Under the pieces are notes generated by a model. It saw only the letters and a program-made list of their open reading frames with translations, was not told the DNA's origin and ran no database searches. The position numbers were made by a program, and so were the translations under genes. A stretch of 63,783 bases of DNA, the filler included. It is 7 parts of 7 records of this genome, joined end to end, with 100 filler letters (N's around TTAATTAATTAA, not from the genome) between each part and the next. Parts side by side here need not be neighbours in the genome. Positions count along the whole stretch, not along the records: positions 11,916 to 21,429 come from SRR31156797_28583; positions 21,530 to 28,015 come from SRR31156797_28600; 5 more parts are not named here. One strand, given 5' to 3'. Positions 18,299 to 28,115 of this stretch are shown in pieces; position 1 is the first letter of the stretch, and each line of letters starts with the position of its first letter.

Positions 18299-20437
18299 AT
18301 GAAAAAAAAATGTTGGATGATATGGAGTTTTATTTTTTTACTGATTCCCGGCCCGGTCTTTTCACAAGACTCGCAAAATGATGAGAAAAAAACCTCACAT
18401 AATCTTGGCAATATTGTGGTAACGGGTAAAAACAAGAACGAACCAATTGTCCAGACACCCTCCAAAACCATCATCGACCTGGATGAATACCAGATACCCG
18501 GAAATGCCCAGAATATATCGGATATCATAAAAGGGAACGTCGCCATTGACTTCAGGGGCAAGACGGACCTGGTACCGGATGATGACACATTGTATATGAG
18601 AGGGTTTGACAGCGCCCGTTTTGTCACCGCCCTCGACGGCCTGACCGTTCAAAAAACAGGCGGGAGAAAATCAAGCCATATCGTTGACTATGCGCTGCTG
18701 CCGACATTCCTGATAAAACAGATTGAAATTCTGCCCGGTCCCCATTCCGTCCTGTATCCGGGAAAAGGCATTGGCGGCGTGGTGAACCTCATGACAAAGG
18801 AACCCAGTCGACACGATTCGCTGAAACCGGAATTTGAAGTTTCCACGGGCTACCGGTCCTACAACACCCAGAACCATACCGTCAACATGAAAGGCAGTGC
18901 CGACGCGTTTACATACGACCTGGCCGTCCAGAAATACATGACCGACGGTTTTTTAAGAAACGGCAAGGCCGATATCGAGACGCTGTTTACCCGGATCGGC
19001 TATATTCTCCCCTCTGACGGTTACATCACCTTGAGTGCCTCCTATAATGATTCAGACCGCGAAATTCCAGTAAACAACGATCCCATGTCCGGAGACTATG
19101 ACAATGACCACCCCGAGGTCACAAGTTCCGCGTTTAACCCATGGCAGAAACCGACCTGGGACAAGGAAGCCTCATCCTATCGGCTCAATTTCAAACATCC
19201 CACCGGCTTCGGTACCTGGTCGGGCCAGCTTTACACCAGCAAGGAAAACCGGGAGAGAGATTACTGGGACTACATCAACAAAAAGAATCCGGACCAGGGC
19301 ATCCATTATACCGAATGGGAGACGATCTGGTGGCAGAACGGCGGAAGGCTCCAGGACCGGATCAGCCTGTCGGACAGGCATGTTCTCACACTGGGAGGAG
19401 ATTTTGCCCAGCTTTATGACAATGGGTCCGGCCATAAGAAAAAACGAGTGGCACACAAGGCCGCCTTTCTTGAGCACCGATGGGATATTACCGCCGATTT
19501 CGACATGAAATGGGGTCTCCGGTACGAGAATGTCGGCACCTGGGTTCAAAATTACTCTAAGAATCCCGACAACCTCTATATCAGCGGAAGAGGCCCCTGG
19601 ATCAAAAGGGACTGGAACCAGGTCGTGCCTAAATCGTTTCTCACATACAAGCTGGATCGCTTCTCGAAATGTTTGCGGGACACCTCCCTTTCCCTCGGCA
19701 TCAGTAAGATCTGGCATGCGCCGGACTATCACGGGATATACAACGGCCAGGGCAAGCCGTCCGGCGCCTGGCTGGACCCTGAACACGGCATCGGGTACGA
19801 CCTTGTTTTCTCAAGACGCCTGTTCAACGACGTCAACCTGAAAATCAACTATTCCTACAGTGAGATAAAAGACTACATCGCCTCCAACAGAACGTATTCC
19901 AAGTATTGGCCCCGCCGCGGCGTCGCGGTTCCCCCGGGACTTGAATACAAGGACTATAAGATCAACCTGGATAAAATGGTAAGGCAAGGCGTGGAAGTGG
20001 AGATACAGGGAAGCCTGCTGGATGATCTTTCCTTTTACCTGGGGTATGCATTCCAGGACTTTGAAAGCAAGGGAGGAGAACCTGCGGGGGAAGAGGCGGC
20101 GGACCAGCGCGCCAGACACCGGGTGAATGCGGGGATCCGGTATGCTCTGTTCGAAAACACGACCGTGATGCTGGATTACGAATACCAAAGTAAACAGGTC
20201 ACTGAGAAATCCGAAGAAATCGCGCCGGATGTCTGGGACTTCAACGAGATTCACATTGATGCATTCAATGTGTTTGATCTTGCCGTCCAACAGGTTCTCT
20301 TCAAGAACTGGCACGGGATCAAAGACGGGTCGCTTAAGGTATATGTAAACAACCTGCTCGATGAGGAGTATGTGGACAGCGAAGGGTATACCGCCACCGA
20401 CAGAACCTTCGGCACCGCACTGACGTTCAATTTCTAA
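18299..20437 (+). CDS. TonB-dependent receptor
   Basis: Signal peptide, TonB box NIVVTG, plug motifs YMRGFD and IEILPGP, NNLLDEEY, C-terminal Phe; RBS GAGGAG before ATG 18299. Confidence 0.93.
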   Translation: MKKKCWMIWSFIFLLIPGPVFSQDSQNDEKKTSHNLGNIVVTGKNKNEPIVQTPSKTIIDLDEYQIPGNAQNISDIIKGNVAIDFRGKTDLVPDDDTLYMRGFDSARFVTALDGLTVQKTGGRKSSHIVDYALLPTFLIKQIEILPGPHSVLYPGKGIGGVVNLMTKEPSRHDSLKPEFEVSTGYRSYNTQNHTVNMKGSADAFTYDLAVQKYMTDGFLRNGKADIETLFTRIGYILPSDGYITLSASYNDSDREIPVNNDPMSGDYDNDHPEVTSSAFNPWQKPTWDKEASSYRLNFKHPTGFGTWSGQLYTSKENRERDYWDYINKKNPDQGIHYTEWETIWWQNGGRLQDRISLSDRHVLTLGGDFAQLYDNGSGHKKKRVAHKAAFLEHRWDITADFDMKWGLRYENVGTWVQNYSKNPDNLYISGRGPWIKRDWNQVVPKSFLTYKLDRFSKCLRDTSLSLGISKIWHAPDYHGIYNGQGKPSGAWLDPEHGIGYDLVFSRRLFNDVNLKINYSYSEIKDYIASNRTYSKYWPRRGVAVPPGLEYKDYKINLDKMVRQGVEVEIQGSLLDDLSFYLGYAFQDFESKGGEPAGEEAADQRARHRVNAGIRYALFENTTVMLDYEYQSKQVTEKSEEIAPDVWDFNEIHIDAFNVFDLAVQQVLFKNWHGIKDGSLKVYVNNLLDEEYVDSEGYTATDRTFGTALTFNF

Positions 20438-20444
20438 TCCCCTT

Positions 20445-20474
20445 TGCCGCCCGGGCATCTCGCTCCGGGCGGCA
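20445..20474. other. Intergenic hairpin
   Basis: TGCCGCCCGG...CCGGGCGGCA perfect inverted repeat. Confidence 0.6.
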
Positions 20475-20499
20475 TTAACCATTCAAACAGGAGCGGAAC

Positions 20500-21372
20500 A
20501 TGAAATTTTCCCCCAACCATGACCTGGAAAAATGGCGAAATCTCTGGATTGACGCAGTTGAACATTCTACGGTAAGAACACGCCGAATACGACCCCCTGA
20601 GGAACAGATCGAAAAATGGGACAAAATGGCAGCATGGTTTGCCCAAAGAACCGGGCAGCCCGGCAATGAAAAAAACCGGGAGGAAATCCTGCTATGGCTT
20701 GAATCCGAAGGCGCGCTGAGGCCCGGGATGAAGGTGCTGGACATCGGCGCGGGCCCTGGCAACTGGTCCCTCAGCCTGGCCAGGGAAGGTGCCCGTGTAA
20801 CAGCCCTGGAACCTTCACCCAAAATGGTGGAAATTTTAAAGGACCGCATCCGTTCTCAAAAGGTGGAGAACATTGCCGTTGACCAGCGGCGCTGGCAGGA
20901 CGTGAATGTCAAAAAGGAAGGGCTGACATCAAAATTCGATCTTGTGTTCGCTTCCATGACCCCCGGCGTCCAGGGCCCGGAAGAGCTTGACAAAATGATG
21001 CAGGCCTCAAAAAACTACTGCTATTTAAGCCGCTTTTCCGGCCCCAGGGACTGCCTGGGATTTGAAGGGGTCTGGCGGATGTTCTTCAAGGATGAAGAGC
21101 AAAGCAATCCGGGAGATATCATTTACCCCTTTACCACACTGTACGCCATGGGATACAGACCGAAACTGGAATTCTTCACCAGGGAACATGATAACAGCCT
21201 CGATGCTGAAACCGCCGTGGAAAGAATCCTGGCGACTTTGTGGAACTACATGGATGAGACCCCGGCAGTGAGGAAAAAAGTGGAAACGTATGTTCAGGAA
21301 AGGACAACAAACGGAATACTTCATGAAAAACGGCGGATCTGCCAGGGGGTGATGATGTGGCAGGTAAAGTAA
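20500..21372 (+). CDS. Class I SAM-dependent methyltransferase
   Basis: VLDIGAGPG, LEPSPKM and FDLVFASMTP motifs. Confidence 0.92.
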   Translation: MKFSPNHDLEKWRNLWIDAVEHSTVRTRRIRPPEEQIEKWDKMAAWFAQRTGQPGNEKNREEILLWLESEGALRPGMKVLDIGAGPGNWSLSLAREGARVTALEPSPKMVEILKDRIRSQKVENIAVDQRRWQDVNVKKEGLTSKFDLVFASMTPGVQGPEELDKMMQASKNYCYLSRFSGPRDCLGFEGVWRMFFKDEEQSNPGDIIYPFTTLYAMGYRPKLEFFTREHDNSLDAETAVERILATLWNYMDETPAVRKKVETYVQERTTNGILHEKRRICQGVMMWQVK

Positions 21373-21374
21373 AA

Positions 21375-21429
21375 GTGAAAGCAAAATTCTGTGCCGCCCT
21401 TTTGATCGCCCTGATGATGATATGGGGCT
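21375..21429 (+). CDS. Start of an exported protein, truncated by the gap
   Basis: GTG 2 nt after the methyltransferase stop; MKAKFCAALLIALMMIWG is signal-peptide-like. Confidence 0.5.
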
Positions 21430-21529
21430 NNNNNNNNNNNNNNNNNNNNNNNNNNNNNNNNNNNNNNNNNNNNTTAATTAATTAANNNNNNNNNNNNNNN
21501 NNNNNNNNNNNNNNNNNNNNNNNNNNNNN
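21430..21529. other. Artificial contig linker
   Basis: N44-TTAATTAATTAA-N44. Confidence 0.99.
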
Positions 21530-21715
21530 TTCGGTATCATCTGACTCGTCCGGTTCTTCCTGTTCAATCCCAAGATATCCATTTATCAAAGCCTGTTCAT
21601 CTCGCTCAGCTTCGGGAGTTCCCTTTTGCTCTCTGCGGAGTTTTTTTTCTTCTTGGCGTTTCTGCCGTTTTATTTCCTTCTGACGCTTATCAGATGAGAA
21701 TCTATTTCTTGCCAA
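21530..21715 (-). CDS. Small charged hypothetical protein, partial
   Basis: RBS AAGGAG, TTG start, basic N-terminus and acidic tail; runs into the gap. Confidence 0.65.
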
Positions 21716-21794
21716 TTACAGTCTCCTTAGCGGGGCTAGAAATATTACAAAAGCTAATCTCATAATTCAAAAGACAGCTCATATTAGACAGAAA

Positions 21795-21835
21795 AGAATC
21801 ACGAAAGTGCAGTAGGACACACTCTCGTGATTCTC
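21795..21835 (-). terminator. Hairpin/terminator downstream of the RRM gene
   Basis: AGAATCACGA...TCGTGATTCT inverted repeat. Confidence 0.55.
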
Positions 21836-21887
21836 GTTGAGACTATTTTACGATTACAAGATAGCTCTGAAAGGTGTAATGAAAAGA

Positions 21888-22154
21888 TTAAAACCTTCGA
21901 TTATCCCGACGATCCTCTGCTTCATTGACCCGTAAGTTACGGCCATCAAGTTCTTTACCATTGAAGGTAGAAATAGCAGCAACCGCAGCGTCATCTTCTG
22001 CCATTTCAACAAATCCAAACCCTTTGGATCTGTTCGTATCCCGATCTGTAATGATACGGGTAGAGATTACCTCTCCATACTGTGCGAAAAGATCAGTGAG
22101 ATCATCTTCAGTAGTGTTCCAGCTAAGGTTACCAACATAAATTTTCTTGGACAT
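21888..22154 (-). CDS. RRM RNA-binding protein (Rbp family)
   Basis: RNP2 IYVGNL, RNP1 KGFGFVEM, and GRNLRVNEA. Confidence 0.96.
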   Translation of the reverse strand: MSKKIYVGNLSWNTTEDDLTDLFAQYGEVISTRIITDRDTNRSKGFGFVEMAEDDAAVAAISTFNGKELDGRNLRVNEAEDRRDNRRF

Positions 22155-22309
22155 AATGTCTCCTCTCCCGGAATAATCCGGTGTGTATGATTTTTCGGAA
22201 TGATTATTAAACTGCGGAAATCGGAATTGAAGAATGGAAACAAATAAATTAGTTACTATAAAAACAATTATACGGTTCTACAAATAAAAATATCAAACAA
22301 TGAAACATC

Positions 22310-22338
22310 ACTTTATGCTTTATTCAGTCGCTTGTCAA
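22310..22338 (-). promoter_or_regulatory. Sigma70-type promoter of the RRM gene
   Basis: Minus strand TTGACA-17 nt-TAAAGT, implying a ~150-nt 5' UTR. Confidence 0.65.
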
Positions 22339-22365
22339 TGAGCAGCCAAAGCCATTGAGTAATAA

Positions 22366-23562
22366 TTATTCCACAATGGCTGTCAGATCCTTTACAGAAT
22401 TCCCTTGAACTAGCTTTGTGGGAATCTCAATATTCTCGGTTTTTCTATGGGGATTTTTCACAATCTGATCAAGCAACGATACGGAAGTCTGGCCCATTGT
22501 TAAAAAATCCTGGGCTACCGTCGTAAGCTTCGGCGTAAACAGATCCCGGATCCCCAGACCGTCAAATCCCGTTATGGAAATATCCTCCGGTATTTTATAA
22601 CCGAGATCGATAGCGACGCTCATGATATTCAAAGCTATATAGTCATTGGATGTCACGATGGCGCTGGGAGGATTTTCATGGAACAGCAAGGTATCAAGCA
22701 TACTCTTAATAGAGCTCTGGTAGTACTCATTTTTCCCGTAAATATCTTTGTAGTACTGGTTGTCATGATTTTCAGGGAACAAATGATGAATGATAAATTT
22801 TTCTTCAATCTCTAGCTTGTAGTCATTCATCGCCCGAGTGAAACCGTAAAAACGATCTGTCCGGCTGCTGGACTCGTGGGTATTACCCGATACGAAAGCA
22901 ATTCTCGTATGGCCTTTCCGGATGACATCTTCCACAATAGAATAGAAGCCGTTCCTGTTTTCCGATGATACAGAAGACGCTTCGACGCCGAATACCTGAC
23001 GGTCTAATAAGACAAAAGGAAATACCTTGCGGATCATCAGGTTATAGACTTCCGGACTCTCGTTAGTGGTACTCGGAAAAATAATGGCCCCCACGACTCC
23101 GAGGTCTATGAGTTCGGAAATCAATTCTTTTTCAAAATCATAGGGAGATTTGTTCTCATCGCTGTCGGAGTCATTATTATAAATGCTCATGGAATAGCCA
23201 TGGTTCCGACAGGCCATACTGATCCCCTGAAGCACTTCCATTTCAATGGAGATATTGGCGGCGGGAGAAGGGATGATGACGGCTATGGTTGGTTGGAATA
23301 GACGTGCTGGGTTTTCACTGTTTTCCATCCATGTACTACTGGGTGTGACAAATGACCCGGTTGCCTTCACCCTTTTAACAAAATGTTTCTTATCCAATTC
23401 CTGCACGGCGCGGGCTGCAGTTATCCGGCTGGTACTGTATTGCTCCATCAGTTCCTTTTCCGTTGGAATCTTGTCTCCCTCTTTGTATGTGCCATTATGA
23501 ATTTTTTCAAAAAGGTCATTAAAAATGACCTGATACATAGGGATTGAGTTCGATTTTGCCAA
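22366..23562 (-). CDS. GntR HTH + LacI-type sugar-binding regulator (AraR-like)
   Basis: KIPTEKELMEQYSTSRITA, IPEDISITGFD and LTTVAQD motifs. Confidence 0.92.
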   Translation of the reverse strand: MAKSNSIPMYQVIFNDLFEKIHNGTYKEGDKIPTEKELMEQYSTSRITAARAVQELDKKHFVKRVKATGSFVTPSSTWMENSENPARLFQPTIAVIIPSPAANISIEMEVLQGISMACRNHGYSMSIYNNDSDSDENKSPYDFEKELISELIDLGVVGAIIFPSTTNESPEVYNLMIRKVFPFVLLDRQVFGVEASSVSSENRNGFYSIVEDVIRKGHTRIAFVSGNTHESSSRTDRFYGFTRAMNDYKLEIEEKFIIHHLFPENHDNQYYKDIYGKNEYYQSSIKSMLDTLLFHENPPSAIVTSNDYIALNIMSVAIDLGYKIPEDISITGFDGLGIRDLFTPKLTTVAQDFLTMGQTSVSLLDQIVKNPHRKTENIEIPTKLVQGNSVKDLTAIVE

Positions 23563-23674
23563 GAATATCTCCTAGACCTATAACATTAGCATAGCATTAC
23601 ACTCAATTATTACTGCCTAAAACCCAATATATCCCTTTTATCCATCTTGATAAAGCAAAAACAGAAGTTTCAAG

Positions 23675-23716
23675 TTGACAGATTCATAAAACGAGACTAT
23701 TAATGACATATCATTA
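23675..23716 (+). promoter_or_regulatory. TRAP operon promoter with overlapping palindromic operator
   Basis: TTGACA-17-TATTAA; TAATGA-CATA-TCATTA palindrome at 23701-23716. Confidence 0.6.
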
Positions 23717-23782
23717 TGTTTTGCTTTAGTTATATCAATAGAAGTTATTTGCTCTAAAGCCTAACTATTTCAGGAGGAATTC

Positions 23783-24811
23783 ATGAAAAAGATTTTGACT
23801 TTGGGATTTGTTGTCCTTTGCTTGCTGACATCAGTCAATGCATTTGCGTCAGGACAGCAGGAGAGCGGAGAGGCTGCAGAGAAAAAGGTAATCACGCTGA
23901 ATGCGGCCTCTATGTTCGACGAGAGCCACCCTTTTACCCAGACCTATTTCAAGTTTGAAGAACTGGTTAATGAATACCAGGACGAAGTCACCATCAAACT
24001 GGAATACAGCCTCAACAAATCCCTGGGAGTGGAGACCGATTACTTCAGGTTTATGAGTCAGGGAGAATCTGTTGATATCGCCATCATCGCACCGGCCCAT
24101 ATCGCCCAGAGGGTTCCCAGCATCGCCATCGTCGACATGCCCCTTCTTTTCAGAGATATCGAACATCGGAACAAAGTCCTGAAAAGTGATCTGTTCACCC
24201 AGATCGGGGATGAGATTGTAAAAAAAGCCAATATAAGAGCCATCGGGTACGCCGGCGGGGCCAGCAGAAGCATCATCTCCAACTATCCCATAACCAATAT
24301 GGATGAACTGCAGGGATTCAAGCTCAGAGTTCAGGGAGCTCCTATCTGGGCGAAGGTTTTCGATTCAGTTGGAGCCGTGCCATCGGTCATCGCCTACGAC
24401 GAAGTATACAGCGCCGTACAGACCGGCGTCATCCAGGGACTGGAAAACGAGAAAGTGGGATTTGCGCAGATGAGATTCTTTGAAGTGGCTCCCCACTACA
24501 CCACCAACGAGCATTCTATCACCGTAAGGCCTCTGTTCATAGCTGAAAAAACCTTCAAAAAATTATCCCCCGCCGTTCAGGAAGCCGTCCTGAAAGCCGG
24601 CTGGGAAGCCGGTGAATTCGGATCACAGTTCGAACTAGATCTTGCGGACAAGGCATTGAACGAGCTCGTCGCCGACGGCTTGGCCTTCGCTCATGAGTTC
24701 TCCGATGCGGATAGAGTGGAATTCAAGAGACTGGCAACCCCTGCTCTGATGGAGTATGTGGACGAGTCCGGATTCAACGATCTGTACAAAGCCATTCAGG
24801 ACATTCAGTAA
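23783..24811 (+). CDS. dctP: TRAP transporter substrate-binding protein
   Basis: Spirochaete-style FASGQQE N-terminus; KLRV, EVYSAVQTGVIQGLEN. Confidence 0.92.
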   Translation: MKKILTLGFVVLCLLTSVNAFASGQQESGEAAEKKVITLNAASMFDESHPFTQTYFKFEELVNEYQDEVTIKLEYSLNKSLGVETDYFRFMSQGESVDIAIIAPAHIAQRVPSIAIVDMPLLFRDIEHRNKVLKSDLFTQIGDEIVKKANIRAIGYAGGASRSIISNYPITNMDELQGFKLRVQGAPIWAKVFDSVGAVPSVIAYDEVYSAVQTGVIQGLENEKVGFAQMRFFEVAPHYTTNEHSITVRPLFIAEKTFKKLSPAVQEAVLKAGWEAGEFGSQFELDLADKALNELVADGLAFAHEFSDADRVEFKRLATPALMEYVDESGFNDLYKAIQDIQ

Positions 24812-24859
24812 AATCTTTGGGCTGTCCTGCGGGACGGCCCGCTTTCACATGGAAAAACA

Positions 24860-25339
24860 ATGACAATATTCACAAAAGCAATTCAGGGTCTCTATAAATC
24901 CCTGGTCATAGTACAAACCGCTCTACTGGGCTTGTTGCTGGCTATCGTCAGCTTACAAGTTATTACCAGGCTGTTTCCTTTTATCCCACATTTTTTATGG
25001 ACAGAAGAAATCGCCCGGTTCCTCCTCATATGGGTCATCTTTTTAGGAGCGTCCTTAGGAGTCAAAGAGTGGACCCATTTTACGGTCAGCCTCCTTCCCG
25101 AATCCAAATCAGGCGTATTCAGGTTGATTTGGGATATAGCCATCATAGCCGGAATTTCGGTCATCTCAGGAATCTTTGCGTACCGCGGACTCAAGTATGC
25201 TCTGGTCATGATTTGGGATATCTCGGATATCGCCCAAATATCCATGATCTGGGTGGGAGCGGCAATCCCCGTCTTCGGTGTGTTGTCGCTGCTCTTTCTG
25301 ATTGAAAAATTCATAGAACAATTACACAAGGAAGGTTGA
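24860..25339 (+). CDS. dctQ: TRAP transporter small permease
   Basis: WTEEIARFLLIWVIFLGAS; 4 TM segments. Confidence 0.92.
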   Translation: MTIFTKAIQGLYKSLVIVQTALLGLLLAIVSLQVITRLFPFIPHFLWTEEIARFLLIWVIFLGASLGVKEWTHFTVSLLPESKSGVFRLIWDIAIIAGISVISGIFAYRGLKYALVMIWDISDIAQISMIWVGAAIPVFGVLSLLFLIEKFIEQLHKEG

Positions 25340-25343
25340 TGCA

Positions 25344-26642
25344 ATGGGACCTCTCGAAATAGCACTTTTGCTTTTTGGCTTTTTTTTATTACTGGTATTT
25401 TTGAAAGTTCCCGTCGCGTTCTCATTGGGACTCGCCTGCGTTCCGGTGATTCTTTTAACAGGCCATGTGTCTTTATTCGCATTGATAGACAGAACCTTCA
25501 TATCATTCAATTCATTTCTCCTGTTATCCGTACCGTTTTTCCTGCTCGCCGCAAACCTCATGAACGCCAGCGGGATAACCGAAAAACTCATGGGATTGTC
25601 CAGAACGACAGTCGGCCATCTGCCTGGCGGACTCGGCCATATCAATGTGTTCGTCAGCATGCTGTTCGCCGGAGTGTCCGGTTCTTCCACGGCGGATGCG
25701 GCGGGAATCGGAAAGCTGCTGATACCCCAGATGGTCAAGGAAGGATACGACAGAAAATTCTCCATAGCCATCACGGCCTGTTCGTCGGTGATGGGCGTGA
25801 TCATCCCGCCGAGCATTCTTATGCTCATATGGGGCGGCACCATGTCCATATCTGTCGGTTCCCTATTCCTGGCTGGGATTATCCCGGGCATTTTACTGGG
25901 GCTGTCCATGATGGTAACAGTCTATATTTACGCTGTAAAAAACAAGTATCCCGTATACGACCGGTCAAGCTTCGGAGAGTTCATCAAGTCATTCGCCGTG
26001 GCCCTTCCCGGTTTGATGACTCCTCTAATCATCTTGGGAGGCATTACATTCGGCTGGTTCACTCCCACGGAAGCGTCCGCCATAGCCGTCCTTTACACAA
26101 TGGCCCTGGGATTCATCAATAAATCTATCGATATCAGACGATTCGCCAGGATAATGAGCGAAACAGCCCGACTTACGGGGATATCCCTGTTCTGCGTCGG
26201 CACGGCATCGGCGTTCAGCTGGCTCCTATCCTACCATAAAATTCCTCAGGCCCTCGTGGCGTTCATAGCCTCCCAATCCATAGGCTCTACGGGAATCGTC
26301 ATTCTGATAGCGTTGATCTTTCTGGTGGTCGGCTTATTCATCGATGCCATTCCTGCAATCATTATCATGGGGGGTGTTCTGTACCCGATAGCGATGGAAG
26401 CGGGCATCCACCCGATTCACTTTTCCATCATCGGCGTCATCGCTCTGGGTTTCGGTCTTGTCACACCGCCTTACGGCATGTGTTTATTGATCGCCGCCAG
26501 AATTGGAGAAGAAAAAGTACATAACGTCTTAAAAGACGTCCTGATTATTCTTCTGCCGATGTTTCTCATTCTGCTGCTTATTTGCCTGATACCGGAAATA
26601 GCCTTGGCTTTGCCGAGACTGATCACACCTCAATTCATGTAA
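25344..26642 (+). CDS. dctM: TRAP transporter large permease
   Basis: SGSSTADA, IIPPSI, TPTEAS and TPPYG motifs. Confidence 0.95.
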   Translation: MGPLEIALLLFGFFLLLVFLKVPVAFSLGLACVPVILLTGHVSLFALIDRTFISFNSFLLLSVPFFLLAANLMNASGITEKLMGLSRTTVGHLPGGLGHINVFVSMLFAGVSGSSTADAAGIGKLLIPQMVKEGYDRKFSIAITACSSVMGVIIPPSILMLIWGGTMSISVGSLFLAGIIPGILLGLSMMVTVYIYAVKNKYPVYDRSSFGEFIKSFAVALPGLMTPLIILGGITFGWFTPTEASAIAVLYTMALGFINKSIDIRRFARIMSETARLTGISLFCVGTASAFSWLLSYHKIPQALVAFIASQSIGSTGIVILIALIFLVVGLFIDAIPAIIIMGGVLYPIAMEAGIHPIHFSIIGVIALGFGLVTPPYGMCLLIAARIGEEKVHNVLKDVLIILLPMFLILLLICLIPEIALALPRLITPQFM

Positions 26643-26661
26643 GGACGCAGGACAACAAATA

Positions 26662-27759
26662 ATGAGCATGACACCGATATTCTTATACAATATGAGAGTT
26701 GAAAGGACCTACACCGGGGGAAAGCTCCTGGACAAATGGCAGGGCGTCACACCCGCCTCCGATGGCTGGGAGCCAGAGGAATGGATCGCATCCACGATCC
26801 GTTCGAGATTTGCGGAAGACCCCGATTCAGGATTGAGCCGTATAAAAAACAAGGAACTGGACGGACAGAAACTGATAGATTTTATTAACTCCGATCCGGA
26901 ACGGATACTGGGGAGAGATCATTATAGAAAATACGGTCAGAACCTGGGATTCCTCGCAAAAATAATTGATTCCGATGAAAGGCTTAACATTCAAGCCCAT
27001 CCCAACAGAGAACAGGCGAAACGGTTCTTCGGTTCGGATTTCGGAAAGACTGAAGCCTGGTATATCATGGACACCCGTATCATTCATGACGAAGAGCCTT
27101 ACATTCTACTCGGTTTCAAACCTGGAATGACAAAAGAAAAATGGGTAAACCTTATCGAAACCCAGGATAAGGACGCCATGGTGGAATCCCTGCATAAGAT
27201 TCCCGTGAAACCGGGCGATGTCTTCCTGATAGAAAGCGGAATGCCTCATGCTATAGGTTCGGGCTGCATGCTGGCTGAAATACAAGAACCAACGGATTTC
27301 ACTTTCCGGGTTGAAAAAATCAATGCCCCCGGGAAAAAGTTTCCCGAGAGGACCTATCATCAAGGCATCGGTTATGACAACATGTATAGCTGTTTTGATT
27401 ATACGACCTATGAATATGAGGAAATATTAAAAAAAGCCAAACTTCCAGCAATCCCCCGGGAGCAGGACAGCCGGTATACCCTCCTACCCTTGATCAGGAC
27501 AGAGAACACTGCCTTCTTCTCCATGGAAAAAATATCGGTCCATGATAGATGGGAAGGAAACAATGCAGAAACGTTCAGTATAGCCTTTGTCCTGAACGGT
27601 TCAGGTCAGATATCCCATAAAGAGGAAGCATACTCCCTGTACAAAGGGGATGAGTTATTTCTTCCCTGCTCTTCGGAACCATATGAGCTTACGAACGATA
27701 ATATAGAAATATCCCTGGAAATTCTCTTCTGCTATCCGCCGGGAATTCTTACTAAATAA
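26662..27759 (+). CDS. Type I phosphomannose-isomerase-like cupin
   Basis: EEW, KIIDS.ERL.IQAHP, GKTEAW, HAIG and EIQEPTD motifs. Confidence 0.85.
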   Translation: MSMTPIFLYNMRVERTYTGGKLLDKWQGVTPASDGWEPEEWIASTIRSRFAEDPDSGLSRIKNKELDGQKLIDFINSDPERILGRDHYRKYGQNLGFLAKIIDSDERLNIQAHPNREQAKRFFGSDFGKTEAWYIMDTRIIHDEEPYILLGFKPGMTKEKWVNLIETQDKDAMVESLHKIPVKPGDVFLIESGMPHAIGSGCMLAEIQEPTDFTFRVEKINAPGKKFPERTYHQGIGYDNMYSCFDYTTYEYEEILKKAKLPAIPREQDSRYTLLPLIRTENTAFFSMEKISVHDRWEGNNAETFSIAFVLNGSGQISHKEEAYSLYKGDELFLPCSSEPYELTNDNIEISLEILFCYPPGILTK

Positions 27760-27790
27760 ATGATGAAGGACTAAAACTAATATGACACTG

Positions 27791-28004
27791 ATGAAAGAAT
27801 CTTTCCCCTGACGATCCCGATGATCCGGTATCATTGGAATATATCTGTCAAACGAGTACCGAATCTATCATAACAAGCCTGCATCATATTCTTAACGGCA
27901 AGGGCTGGCCTCTGGAAGATATCGTCGAAAGGAAGAAGATGATCGAAGAGACAGGCCTCAGAAACTCAGAAGAGTTTCATCAAACCATCTTGCTACTATT
28001 TTAG
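27791..28004 (+). pseudogene. uxuA: Mannonate dehydratase pseudogene (N-terminal remnant)
   Basis: MKESFP* then, after a +1 shift, DPDDPVSLEYICQT...IITSLHHILNGKGWPLEDIVERKKMIEETGL, matching the UxuA N-terminus; similarity is lost after ETGL. Confidence 0.8.
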
Positions 28005-28015
28005 AAGCAGTTTAG

Positions 28016-28115
28016 NNNNNNNNNNNNNNNNNNNNNNNNNNNNNNNNNNNNNNNNNNNNTTAATTAATTAANNNNNNNNNNNNNNNNNNNNNNNNNNNNN
28101 NNNNNNNNNNNNNNN
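28016..28115. other. Artificial contig linker
   Basis: N44-TTAATTAATTAA-N44. Confidence 0.99.
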
